A DNA stretch of 64,000 nt from Rhodospirillaceae bacterium. GTDB lineage: Bacteria; Pseudomonadota; Alphaproteobacteria; Rhodospirillales; Casp-alpha2. This document shows positions 26,963 to 36,038 of this stretch, piece by piece. The translations under genes and the position numbers were made by a program. How positions within the stretch are numbered: position 1 is the stretch's first letter; each line of letters begins with the position of its first letter. The stretch is from NCBI GenBank assembly GCA_016845145.1, contig JAERTE010000098.1:8889-72888 (forward strand). The letters run 5' to 3'. The notes beneath the pieces are model-generated. The model ran no database searches and was not told the origin of the DNA. It worked only from the letters and a program-made list of their open reading frames with translations.

Positions 26963-28132
26963 ATGAGCATCAAAGGCAAGGCCTATATCGCGGGTGCCTT
27001 CGAGCACCCGACACGAAAGGCCGTAGACAAGTCGTTGGCGCAACTGCATGCCGAATGCGCCAAGGGCGCGTTGGAAGATGCCGGCCTTACCAAGGATGAT
27101 GTCGACGGTTATTTCTGCGCCGGTGACGCACCGGGTTTGGGGGCACTTTCCCTGGTCGACTATATGGGGCTCAATTTGCGCCATATGGACACTACGGAAA
27201 CCGGCGGATCATCCTATTTGGTGCATGTTTCCCATGCGGCGCAGGCAATCGCCGCCGGGAAGTGCTCTGTCGCCTTGATTACCCTTGCTGGCCGTCCCAA
27301 GGCAGAAGGCATGGCCACCGGCACAGCGCCGCGCGACTATGGCGCCAGTTGCCCCGACGTGCCGTTCGAGTTGCCGTACCTGCCGACCGTGGTCAACATG
27401 TACGCCATGTGCGGCATGCGCCACATGTACGAATACGGCACGACAAGCGAGCAATTGGCATGGATCAAGGTTGCCGCGTCGCACCATGCGCAACACAACC
27501 CAAGTGCGATGTTGCGCGATGTCGTGAGTGTCGAAGAGGTCGTCAATTCACCGATCATCGCTGACCCGCTGCACCGGCTCGATTGCTGCGTCATCTCTGA
27601 TGGCGGCGGTGCCTTGATCGTCGTATCTCCCGAAGTGATGCGCGGCTTGAACCGTCCGAAAGTAAAAATCCTTGGCGCCGGTGAGGCTCCAAAAGTGCAG
27701 ATGGGTGGTGATCTCGACCTCACCTTTACCGCCGCCGCTTGGTCGGGACCACGGGCATTCGAGGAAGCGGGCGTCGCACCAAACGACATCAAATACGTCT
27801 CGATTTACGACAGTTTCACCATCACCGTGCTGTTGCAGTTGGAAGATCTGGGCTTTTGCGAGAAAGGCCAAGGCGGCAAGCTGGTCGCCGACGGCAACCT
27901 GATTTCAGGCACCGGCAAACTGCCGTTCAATACCGACGGCGGCGGGCTTTGCAACAACCATCCGGGCAATCGGGGCGGCATGACCAAGGTGATCGAGGCC
28001 GTACGGCAATTGCGAGGCGAGGCGCATCCTGCGGTGCAGGTCGAGAATTGCGATATCGCGCTGGCACATGGCACCGGTGGCAATATCGGGCTTCGCCACG
28101 GTGGCGCCACGCTGATCATGGAAAGGGAATAG
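26963..28132 (+). CDS. Thiolase-like protein, SCP-x / lipid-transfer-protein type
   Basis: 389 aa. C-terminal NTDGGGLCNNHPGNRGG and AHGTGGNIG blocks. Encoded immediately upstream of a DUF35 protein. Confidence 0.8.
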   Translation: MSIKGKAYIAGAFEHPTRKAVDKSLAQLHAECAKGALEDAGLTKDDVDGYFCAGDAPGLGALSLVDYMGLNLRHMDTTETGGSSYLVHVSHAAQAIAAGKCSVALITLAGRPKAEGMATGTAPRDYGASCPDVPFELPYLPTVVNMYAMCGMRHMYEYGTTSEQLAWIKVAASHHAQHNPSAMLRDVVSVEEVVNSPIIADPLHRLDCCVISDGGGALIVVSPEVMRGLNRPKVKILGAGEAPKVQMGGDLDLTFTAAAWSGPRAFEEAGVAPNDIKYVSIYDSFTITVLLQLEDLGFCEKGQGGKLVADGNLISGTGKLPFNTDGGGLCNNHPGNRGGMTKVIEAVRQLRGEAHPAVQVENCDIALAHGTGGNIGLRHGGATLIMERE

Positions 28133-28136
28133 AGCC

Positions 28137-28535
28137 ATGAATGCTGAACGACGCACAATTAAGGCCCCATTGGTCGATCCGGAGACCGAAGAGTTCTGGG
28201 CCGCTGTCGATGAGGGCAAGCTTTTGGTCCGCACGTGCCGGGCATGCATCAAGGCGCATCACTATCCGCGCACCATTTGTCCGCACTGCGGTAGCGACGA
28301 CACCTACTTCCAGGAAGGCTCTGGCAAGGGCGTCATCTACTCCTACAGCGTCATGCGCCGCGCACCGGAGCCATATGCCATCGCCTATGTTACGCTGGAT
28401 GAAGGCCCGTCGATGCTGACCAACATTGTCGATTGCGATTTCGACAGCTTGTCCATTGGACAGGCGGTACAGGTACAATTCCAAGAGACCGAGGGTGACG
28501 GCCCAGCCGTACCGGTCTTCACGCCCATTGGTTAA
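28137..28535 (+). CDS. DUF35 OB-fold / zinc-ribbon protein
   Basis: 132 aa. Rubredoxin-like CRACIKAHHYPRTICPHCGS followed by an OB-fold segment. Typical partner of SCP-x type thiolases. Confidence 0.85.
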   Translation: MNAERRTIKAPLVDPETEEFWAAVDEGKLLVRTCRACIKAHHYPRTICPHCGSDDTYFQEGSGKGVIYSYSVMRRAPEPYAIAYVTLDEGPSMLTNIVDCDFDSLSIGQAVQVQFQETEGDGPAVPVFTPIG

Positions 28536-28557
28536 CTGATTTGATGGAGGCAACGAT

Positions 28558-29754
28558 ATGAACCTCAATTACACCCCCGAGGAAGAAGCCTTCCGTCAGG
28601 AAGTCCGCGAGTTCCTTAAGGAAAGACTGCCGCCGGAGCTGGCGAAGAAAACCCGCAACGGCCTCAAGCTGGAAAAACAGGATTTCAAAACCTGGCAGCG
28701 GCTTTTATATGATCGGGGCTGGGTGTCGCCCAAATGGCCCGAAGAGCACGGCGGCACCGGTTGGTCCGCTATCCAGTTGCATATCTTCGACGAAGAGTGC
28801 TTTGCCGCGGGCGCGCCACGCATTCTGCCGTTCGGTATTGGGCTCGTTGGCCCGGTTCTCACGCATTTCGGCAACGCCGAACAACAAACCAGGTACTTGG
28901 ACGATATTCGCTCGGGCGAAGTGTTCTGGTGCCAGGGGTTCTCGGAGCCTGGCTCGGGTTCGGACTTGGCGTCGCTGAAAACCCGCGCCGTCTTGGATGG
29001 TGACAAGTATATCGTCAACGGCCAGAAAACCTGGACGACGGCAGCGCACTGGGCGGACTGGATGTTCACGCTTGTCCGCACCGACCCGGACGTAAAACAG
29101 CAGGAAGGTATCTCGTTCCTGTTGATCGATATGAAGTCGCCTGGGATTTCGGTCAGGCCGATCATCACCATCGACGGCGAACACATGGTCAACGAGGTGT
29201 TTATTGAAGATGTCGAGGTGCCGGCGGAAAACCTCGTCGGTGAAGTCAACAAAGGCTGGGATTATGCCAAGTTCCTGCTCGCGAACGAACGTACCGGCAT
29301 TGCCGGCATCGGCCAATCCAAAGAGGAATTGCGCAATCTCAAGACGATTGCCCGAAACGAGCGCAAGAACGGCAAACCATTGATCGAGGACCCGCTGTTC
29401 CAGTCTCGCTTGGCGAAGCTGGAAATCGATCTGATGGGATTGGAAATCACCAACATGCGAATGTTGGTTGCCGAACAGAAGGCCGGCAAGCCGGGCCCCA
29501 TGTCATCAATCCTGAAAATTCGCGGCACAGAAATTCAGCAACAATTGGCCGAACTTTCCATGGATGCGGTGGGCGTTTACGCCAACCCGTGGATCGAGGC
29601 CGCGCTGGAAGCCAACTGGAACGGCGAACCCGTGGGCCCCGAATACGCCGCCGCCAAGACGCCCTACTACCTGTTTAGGCGCAAGGCATCGATCTATGGC
29701 GGGTCGAACGAGATCCAAAAAAACGTGCTGACCAAAGCCGTGCTAGAGCTCTAG
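28558..29754 (+). CDS. Acyl-CoA dehydrogenase (likely catalytic subunit)
   Basis: 398 aa with the ACAD N/M/C domain pattern. WCQGFSEPGSGSDLAS, LLANERTGIAG and IYGGSNEIQKN. Confidence 0.88.
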   Translation: MNLNYTPEEEAFRQEVREFLKERLPPELAKKTRNGLKLEKQDFKTWQRLLYDRGWVSPKWPEEHGGTGWSAIQLHIFDEECFAAGAPRILPFGIGLVGPVLTHFGNAEQQTRYLDDIRSGEVFWCQGFSEPGSGSDLASLKTRAVLDGDKYIVNGQKTWTTAAHWADWMFTLVRTDPDVKQQEGISFLLIDMKSPGISVRPIITIDGEHMVNEVFIEDVEVPAENLVGEVNKGWDYAKFLLANERTGIAGIGQSKEELRNLKTIARNERKNGKPLIEDPLFQSRLAKLEIDLMGLEITNMRMLVAEQKAGKPGPMSSILKIRGTEIQQQLAELSMDAVGVYANPWIEAALEANWNGEPVGPEYAAAKTPYYLFRRKASIYGGSNEIQKNVLTKAVLEL

Positions 29755-29767
29755 AGAGGAACGACCG

Positions 29768-30913
29768 ATGGACTTCGATTACACAGAAGAACAAACGCTT
29801 TTCTCCGACAGCCTGCGCAAGTTGCTTGAGGACAATTACAGCGACACTCAACGCCGGGCCGTGTTGGAGCAAGAGGACACCTTCCATTCGGAAGCGCTCT
29901 GGCAGAACTATGCCGAATTGGGGCTGCTTGGTATTCCGTTTAGCGAGGATCAAGGCGGCTTCGGTGGCTCGGCAATCGATGTCATGGTCGCCGAGCTCGA
30001 GTTCGGTCGACATTTGTCGCTGGAACCGTTTTTGGCCAACGTCATTCTGGGCGGCGGCGTGGTCCGGTTGGCTGGCGACGCAGACCAGCAGAGCAATCTG
30101 ATTGAGCCGATGATCGCCGGCGAAATCAAACTGGCTTGCGCGTTCGGAGAGCCGCAGTCGCGCTACGATGCTTTCGATGTGGAAACCCGCGCGGAAAAAT
30201 CGGGCAACGGATACAAGCTCGACGGCCGCAAGGCGGTTGCCTTGGGTGCCGATTGCGCCGACAAACTTATCGTTTCCGCCCGCATCGCCGGTGACGTTGC
30301 AGACAAGGACGGGCTATGCCTGTTTGTCGTTGACGCCAAGGCGCAGGGCGTGGACGTCAATGGATACCGCCTGTCGGACGGCCGCGGCGCGGCTGAAGTT
30401 ATGCTTGATGGTGTCGAGGTTGGCGCCAGTGACCTCCTGGGTGAGGAAGGCAAAGCTTGGCCCGTCATCGACCATGCGGTCGACCTGGGTACGGCGGCAC
30501 TTTGCGCCGAAGCCATCGGCGCCATGGAAAGAGCCAACGATCTGACCCTCGAATACCTAAAGACCCGCGAGCAATTCGGACGCCCAATCGGCAAGTTCCA
30601 GGTTCTGCAGCACCGCATGGTCGACATGATGATCGAGAAGGAACAAGCTGAGTCTCTGGCGCTATTGGCGTGCATGGATGCCGACAAGACGGACGCTGAA
30701 GTCCGCCAGCGCGCGGTATCAGCGGCCAAGGTGACTGTTGGCAATGCCGCGCGCTTCATTTCTGAGGCCAGCATTCAAATGCACGGCGGCATTGGCGTCA
30801 CCGAGGAATACATGCTCGGTGCCTACGTGAAACGGCTGTCCATGGTGCAAGCCACCTTTGGCGATGTGGATCACCACGTTCAACGGTTCGGTGCGCTGAC
30901 GGCAGCCGCGTAA
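29768..30913 (+). CDS. Acyl-CoA dehydrogenase family protein (possibly non-catalytic partner)
   Basis: 381 aa with ACAD fold. C-terminal IQMHGGIGVTEEY...TFGDVDHH. Confidence 0.85.
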   Translation: MDFDYTEEQTLFSDSLRKLLEDNYSDTQRRAVLEQEDTFHSEALWQNYAELGLLGIPFSEDQGGFGGSAIDVMVAELEFGRHLSLEPFLANVILGGGVVRLAGDADQQSNLIEPMIAGEIKLACAFGEPQSRYDAFDVETRAEKSGNGYKLDGRKAVALGADCADKLIVSARIAGDVADKDGLCLFVVDAKAQGVDVNGYRLSDGRGAAEVMLDGVEVGASDLLGEEGKAWPVIDHAVDLGTAALCAEAIGAMERANDLTLEYLKTREQFGRPIGKFQVLQHRMVDMMIEKEQAESLALLACMDADKTDAEVRQRAVSAAKVTVGNAARFISEASIQMHGGIGVTEEYMLGAYVKRLSMVQATFGDVDHHVQRFGALTAAA

Positions 30914-30934
30914 CTCTATCGTGATTGGGAATTC

Positions 30935-30961
30935 GGCGGCGGCTTTCATCAAGCCGCCGCC
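30935..30961. terminator. Bidirectional terminator-like hairpin between convergent ACAD and TRAP permease genes
   Basis: GGCGGCGGC-tttcatcaa-GCCGCCGCC, a perfect 9-bp GC stem. There is no clean U-run on either side. Confidence 0.45.
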
Positions 30962-30966
30962 TATTC

Positions 30967-32946
30967 TTATGCTCGCACCAATGTCCGCATAGCGACCCAT
31001 CCAGTGACGTAAACACCGACAACGCAAGAGGCGCTGATTATCGCCAGATCGGCGTTGGAAAACCCGATCACCGGACTTCCCGGCATGGCCAGCGTCAACC
31101 CGCCCAGCACCAGCATAATCCGCAACGGCCATTGTACGAGGCCCAAGCGTGTCAGATCGCCGAGGCCATATAGATAGCCCTGCAACCCCGTCGAAAGGAT
31201 CACGACCCCGACCATGGCGGAGCCGAACAGCAGCGCGATGTGGGAGGGTTCGCCTTGCATGATCAAACCTGGGTCGAGGACGAAAAAGAACGGCACGAAG
31301 TAGATAATGGTGCCAAGCTTGGTCGCCTCAACGCCCGTACGCATGGGATTGGCCCCCGCCAACGAAGCGGCGGCGAAAGCGCCCAATGCCACCGGCGGTG
31401 TAATGAAAGACAACATCCCCCAATACAGCATGAACATGTGCACGCCCATGGGGTTGAGCCCCGAATCGGTCAATGCCGGCGCCAACGTGATGGCGAGAAT
31501 GATATAGGCAACAGTCACCGTTACGCCGATGCCCATGATGAAACTGGCCAACGCGCCAAGCAGCAACAGCAAGATGATATTGTTGTCCGCCAGCTGCAGC
31601 AGGTCGAACGCCAAGGTGCCGACCTTGCTCTGGTAAGCCAGTGCGCCCACGATCAGCCCGACGCCGGCCAACACTGCCGCCAACTCGGCAAACAGCTTGC
31701 CGATACCCTCGATGAAATTAAGAAATTGCGCCTTGCTCCAGCGATGGCTCGGCACCAACTGGTTGATCAAGATCAGCAGACCTGTGGCATAAAACGGCGC
31801 CTGCGATTCGCGGTTCAGCACCAAAAGCCAATAGATCAATAGGCCGAAGACCAAAATGTAATACCAGCCGTCCTTCATGACGTCTTTGACGGATGGCAGT
31901 TCGGCCCGGTCCAAACCCTTTAGATTCAGTTTCGCCGCATAGGCGTCGATCTGCATGAACAGCGCAAAGAAATACAACACTGATGGAATCACCGCTGCGA
32001 TAACGATGTCGCGGTACGGTACGTCCAGATTAATCGCCATGATAAACGCCGTCGCCCCCATCACCGGCGGCATCAAAACCCCACCGGTTGATGCACAGGC
32101 CTCGACGCCTCCTGCGACGTGCGGTTGAAAGCCGATGCGTTTCATCGCCGGAATCGACATGGAACCGGTTGTCAGCACGTTGGTGATAACGCTGCCACTC
32201 ATGGAGCCCATCAGGCCCGAGGCGAAAATAGCGACCTTCGCCGGTCCACCGCGTACGTGGCCCAGGAGTGCAAACGCCAGATTAATGAAAAACCGCCCAC
32301 CGCCGGTGTGCTGCAAGGCGACGCCAAAGATCAGAAATCCGATCACCAAATTGGCAAAAGCCCGAAACGGAATCCCGATGATGCTTTCCGTCGACAGCGC
32401 GTGGAACGCAGCCGTATCGCCAATCGATTCGGTCGAGCCTTCCAAAATGCCCGGCAACGAGCCAGCGAACAGCGGATATATAGAGACCACGGCGATGATC
32501 GTCGCAACGATATTGCCGCCGCCGCGCCGCGTTGCTTCCAGCACCAGCACCCAAAGTGCGACACCAAGATACTGCATGTGGTCGGGGGCGCTATATTCCC
32601 ACCCCATGTCGACGATGTCGTTGCTGAAATAAACCAAGCTGCCCGAAATCCCCAGCGCGGCCAAGGTCAGGATCACATCATACCAAGGCACTCGGTCGAG
32701 CGGGCTTTTGGACGTTGCCGGAAATACGAAAAACGCCAGTGGCAGCAAAATTGTCAGTACCGCATAAAAATAGCGGTTCTCGATAACGACGAAACCAACC
32801 ATGTTGCCAAGGTTGAAGGCCTGGTAAAGAGCAAAAAAGAAAGAAACGGTCGCGCTTAACAACAGCGCGAACCGCCAGATCGGACTAAGCCGGCGATAGC
32901 GGAGTTCCGCTTTCGCCGGCTCGTCCACTGTGTCAGTGGTGTTCAA
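30967..32946 (-). CDS. TAXI-type TRAP transporter fused permease (4TM/12TM fusion)
   Basis: 659 aa and highly hydrophobic. TTG start. Directly downstream of a TAXI solute receptor. Confidence 0.85.
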   Translation of the reverse strand: MNTTDTVDEPAKAELRYRRLSPIWRFALLLSATVSFFFALYQAFNLGNMVGFVVIENRYFYAVLTILLPLAFFVFPATSKSPLDRVPWYDVILTLAALGISGSLVYFSNDIVDMGWEYSAPDHMQYLGVALWVLVLEATRRGGGNIVATIIAVVSIYPLFAGSLPGILEGSTESIGDTAAFHALSTESIIGIPFRAFANLVIGFLIFGVALQHTGGGRFFINLAFALLGHVRGGPAKVAIFASGLMGSMSGSVITNVLTTGSMSIPAMKRIGFQPHVAGGVEACASTGGVLMPPVMGATAFIMAINLDVPYRDIVIAAVIPSVLYFFALFMQIDAYAAKLNLKGLDRAELPSVKDVMKDGWYYILVFGLLIYWLLVLNRESQAPFYATGLLILINQLVPSHRWSKAQFLNFIEGIGKLFAELAAVLAGVGLIVGALAYQSKVGTLAFDLLQLADNNIILLLLLGALASFIMGIGVTVTVAYIILAITLAPALTDSGLNPMGVHMFMLYWGMLSFITPPVALGAFAAASLAGANPMRTGVEATKLGTIIYFVPFFFVLDPGLIMQGEPSHIALLFGSAMVGVVILSTGLQGYLYGLGDLTRLGLVQWPLRIMLVLGGLTLAMPGSPVIGFSNADLAIISASCVVGVYVTGWVAMRTLVRA

Positions 32947-32954
32947 GGTTCAAA

Positions 32955-32968
32955 TGGGCCGAAGCCCA
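32955..32968 (-). other. Small intercistronic hairpin (UUCG loop) between TAXI receptor and permease genes
   Basis: On the minus strand: UGGGC-UUCG-GCCCA. Confidence 0.3.
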
Positions 32969-32972
32969 ATCC

Positions 32973-34124
32973 TTAGTTGAAGACCACGGGCATATTTGCC
33001 TGCTTGAGCGCCGCGGCACGAGCCTTCAGCCAACCGGCCTTGTAGGCGTCCTTCGGTGCGCCTTTGGCAGAGGCTTTGTAGGTCTTCCAGGCGGCCTGGA
33101 TCACGCCCTGACGTTTGATCAGGTTGTCATTGTGTGCCTGCGCGTCTGCCGTCCAGACACCCTTCTCTTTCCAGTATTTGATGGCGCCGTCGTGATACGG
33201 CAAAGCCCATTGCATTTTCTGGTTGGCCAGTGCCCAACCGGTCCCGCCTTTGGCACCCTTTTTGTAGTCATCAAAGTTTTCGACCATGGATTTGACCAAG
33301 GCGTAAACCACATCCGCACTCTTATCGGCATTGGAAACCAAGATCGGATACGGATAGGCCGCGCCATAGTGAGGTTTATCCTTGCTCAAGTTGGTCCCAA
33401 CTGAGCCGACGTTCTGGTAATAGATCGGCGCCACGGACTTGGCGCGTTTCCAACCAGCCGCGTCATCATGCGGCAGTGGCGGCCAATGAATACCGCGCGG
33501 CGAAGCTGCGAGTTTCTTGGTTACCGGGGAAACCGTGCTGGTAAATCCGGCATCGGCCTGGCCATTGATAATTGCATCGAACGAAGCCGCAAAACCGGAA
33601 ACCGTCACCTTGGTGACGTCATCCCAACTGACGCCGCCGAAAGCCATGTGTGCTTCGGCATTCCAGTTCAAAGCGTCGCCGCCTTTCACGAAAACAACGC
33701 GCTTACCCTTAAGGTCGGAAAGAGTTTTGATCCCTGAATCACCGGCAACGGCCAACGCCAGGTTATAGCTCCCCGCAGCCGTCATCGCGAGACGCAGCGG
33801 TTGCGGCCCCCAAGCTTCGTCGGCAAACAGGAAGGCGCCTTCCTGGCCCATGTAAACGGCAGCCCCGCAGGCGCAGAAATCGATCTTACCGTCACGGAGC
33901 GGTGCCATGCGAGAAATGTCGTTCTTGCCCGGAATGATGCGAATAGACGTGCCGTGACGTTTCTTCAGCATGTTACCGATGGCCACGGCCTGCGCGTATC
34001 CAGATGACGTCGTGCCATAGGCCGACCAGGTCATTTTTTTGGGTAGATCGGCAGCTTGTGCGCCGCTGATCATAAAGGCCGCGCCAACGATAGCGGCAGC
34101 TGTTGTTGTAAAGCCGAATTTCAT
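32973..34124 (-). CDS. TAXI family TRAP transporter solute receptor (TIGR02122-like)
   Basis: ATG at 34124 preceded by GGGAGGAC. Signal peptide MKFGFTTTAAAIVGAAFMISGAQA. Contains GTSIRIIPGKNDISR and other TAXI-like blocks. Confidence 0.85.
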   Translation of the reverse strand: MKFGFTTTAAAIVGAAFMISGAQAADLPKKMTWSAYGTTSSGYAQAVAIGNMLKKRHGTSIRIIPGKNDISRMAPLRDGKIDFCACGAAVYMGQEGAFLFADEAWGPQPLRLAMTAAGSYNLALAVAGDSGIKTLSDLKGKRVVFVKGGDALNWNAEAHMAFGGVSWDDVTKVTVSGFAASFDAIINGQADAGFTSTVSPVTKKLAASPRGIHWPPLPHDDAAGWKRAKSVAPIYYQNVGSVGTNLSKDKPHYGAAYPYPILVSNADKSADVVYALVKSMVENFDDYKKGAKGGTGWALANQKMQWALPYHDGAIKYWKEKGVWTADAQAHNDNLIKRQGVIQAAWKTYKASAKGAPKDAYKAGWLKARAAALKQANMPVVFN

Positions 34125-34374
34125 CTTAGTCCTCCCATGAGTATTTGAATCGGATTCTTTCGCAAATCCATCCCTGGCGAGCGCTCCCAGCACTTGCAAA
34201 GACATTTTCTTATCAGTAACCAAAGCCCGGATGAATTTTCAGGTCAAGAAGTAAAAATGAAACGACTTGATTTATGTCAATTTTATTCGCGCCGCAGCAA
34301 TTGCCTCTCCGGGGGGATCACGTCATAGTCCCCTCTACTCGTCAGTACGGGTTAAAAACAGGGCATTTGTATCC

Positions 34375-35598
34375 ATGCGAAATCTCATTGCCGGCATTGT
34401 TGTGGGGATGGTTATCGGGATCGTCGTCGGCACCACCGTCGTTGCCCCACGACTGAAATTACCCGTTCAAACGGCGGCCGAGCGCATGGCCAGTACCAAC
34501 GCCTCGCCTCGAGCCCGCGGTGCGCCGCGCAAGGCTTTCGTCACCGATACGCCAACGCCGAAACTCGCACCGGCACAGCACAGTAGCGGCTCACCTCGGC
34601 CATCGGTTTCGTCAGATGAACAAGACCGAACCCGCTGGCGCATGGCCAGTGCTTACGCCAGTACGTTGGCCGAAATGGGCAGCCTCGCCAAACGTGTGGA
34701 AGCCGATATCTGGAAAGCCTCGGACGGCCGTTTCCGAATAGAGTTTTTTGAGCCGGGCACTCTGGTCGACACGGAAAAAGCGTTCGACGCCGTGCGGTCG
34801 GGCGCCATCGAAGCGGCATTCGCCGCCCCCTCTATATGGGCCGACCGCAATCCGGCCCTGCATCTTTTTTCAGCTATCCCCTTTGGCCCTCCTATCCAGG
34901 AATACTTGGCCTGGACGCATGCAAAGGGGGTCGTGATCATGCGAGATATCTACAAGAAACTCGGTGTCCGCGGCATGGCTTGTGGATTGCTTGCGCCGGA
35001 GGGCTCGGGCTGGTTTCGGAAACCGGTAAAATCGTTGGATCAGCTAAGAGCACAGCGCATCGGCATGACGGGCCTGGGTGCCGAGGTTCTACAACAACTC
35101 GGCATTGAGGTTTTACCTGTCGCCGAGGGAGACGCATTCGTGGCATTGGAGCGCGGCTTGATTGATGCTGTCGAAGCTGCCCAGCCATCCATCGATTTAC
35201 AACTCGGTCTGCACCGCATGGCCCGGCATTACTACTTCCCAGGCTGGCACCAGCCGGCAACATTGCTGAACCTGATTATCAACCAAAACGCATGGGATAA
35301 ACTGGGCCCGGCCGCGCAACGCCAGTTGCAAAGTGTGTGCGGTGACAACATACGTCGCGGCCTGGCGGAAAGCGAAGCGGCTCAATTCGAAGCGCTCAAA
35401 ACCCTTACCGCCGAGGGTGTCTCCATCGAAACATGGTCGCCGGAAATTCTCGCTGCACTCCGTGTCGCCTGGGCCGAAGTGGTTCGTACGAAACAAAAGA
35501 AAAGCCGCGATTTCGATCGCGCTTGGAAGTCCCTCAAACTATTCCGCGAGGAATACGGCATCTGGCGTGAGATCGGTCAGCCTGCCAACAGGCCGTAG
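34375..35598 (+). CDS. DctP-type (COG4663-like) TRAP substrate-binding protein with N-terminal TM anchor and Pro/Ser/Ala-rich linker
   Basis: ATG at 34375. MRNLIAGIVVGMVIGIVVGTTVVAP TM segment, a linker of about 70 aa, then a WRMASAY...GWFRKPVKSLDQLRAQRIGMTGLGAEVLQQLG...YYFPGWHQP core. Confidence 0.8.
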   Translation: MRNLIAGIVVGMVIGIVVGTTVVAPRLKLPVQTAAERMASTNASPRARGAPRKAFVTDTPTPKLAPAQHSSGSPRPSVSSDEQDRTRWRMASAYASTLAEMGSLAKRVEADIWKASDGRFRIEFFEPGTLVDTEKAFDAVRSGAIEAAFAAPSIWADRNPALHLFSAIPFGPPIQEYLAWTHAKGVVIMRDIYKKLGVRGMACGLLAPEGSGWFRKPVKSLDQLRAQRIGMTGLGAEVLQQLGIEVLPVAEGDAFVALERGLIDAVEAAQPSIDLQLGLHRMARHYYFPGWHQPATLLNLIINQNAWDKLGPAAQRQLQSVCGDNIRRGLAESEAAQFEALKTLTAEGVSIETWSPEILAALRVAWAEVVRTKQKKSRDFDRAWKSLKLFREEYGIWREIGQPANRP

Positions 35599-35599
35599 A

Positions 35600-36025
35600 T
35601 CAGCGGACAATAAGCACCGATATATCCGCGTGGCGCGCCACCCGGGCGGCATTGGGACCGAGCAGAAACTCCTTGAGATCCGGCCTGCCTGCCGCTGTCA
35701 CGATGAGATCGGCGCCAATTTCGCTAGCGATTCGCAAGATCACATCATAAACGGTGCCCTCGCCAACGATATGCTGGACATTGACTTCATCCGGCACATT
35801 TTCACCGGCGAACACCTTCAACGCGCCCAAAACCTTAGCCGCAACGTCTTTCTCATAGCCTTCCGGAAAATACTGACCGACAACACTCATGCCGAAGTCG
35901 GGCACCACAGTAAGCAAATGGAGGTTTCCGCCGCCTTTGCGGCACAATTCGACAGCACGCGGCAATGCTTGATGCCACGAACTCTCATCACCCAAATCGA
36001 CCGGCAGCAGGATATCCTGATACAT
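35600..36025 (-). CDS. Universal stress protein (UspA family)
   Basis: 141 aa. MYQDILLPVDLGDES... and C-terminal GPNAARVARHADISVLIVR, the typical USP fold pattern. Confidence 0.88.
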   Translation of the reverse strand: MYQDILLPVDLGDESSWHQALPRAVELCRKGGGNLHLLTVVPDFGMSVVGQYFPEGYEKDVAAKVLGALKVFAGENVPDEVNVQHIVGEGTVYDVILRIASEIGADLIVTAAGRPDLKEFLLGPNAARVARHADISVLIVR

Positions 36026-36038
36026 CGCGGTTCTCCCT

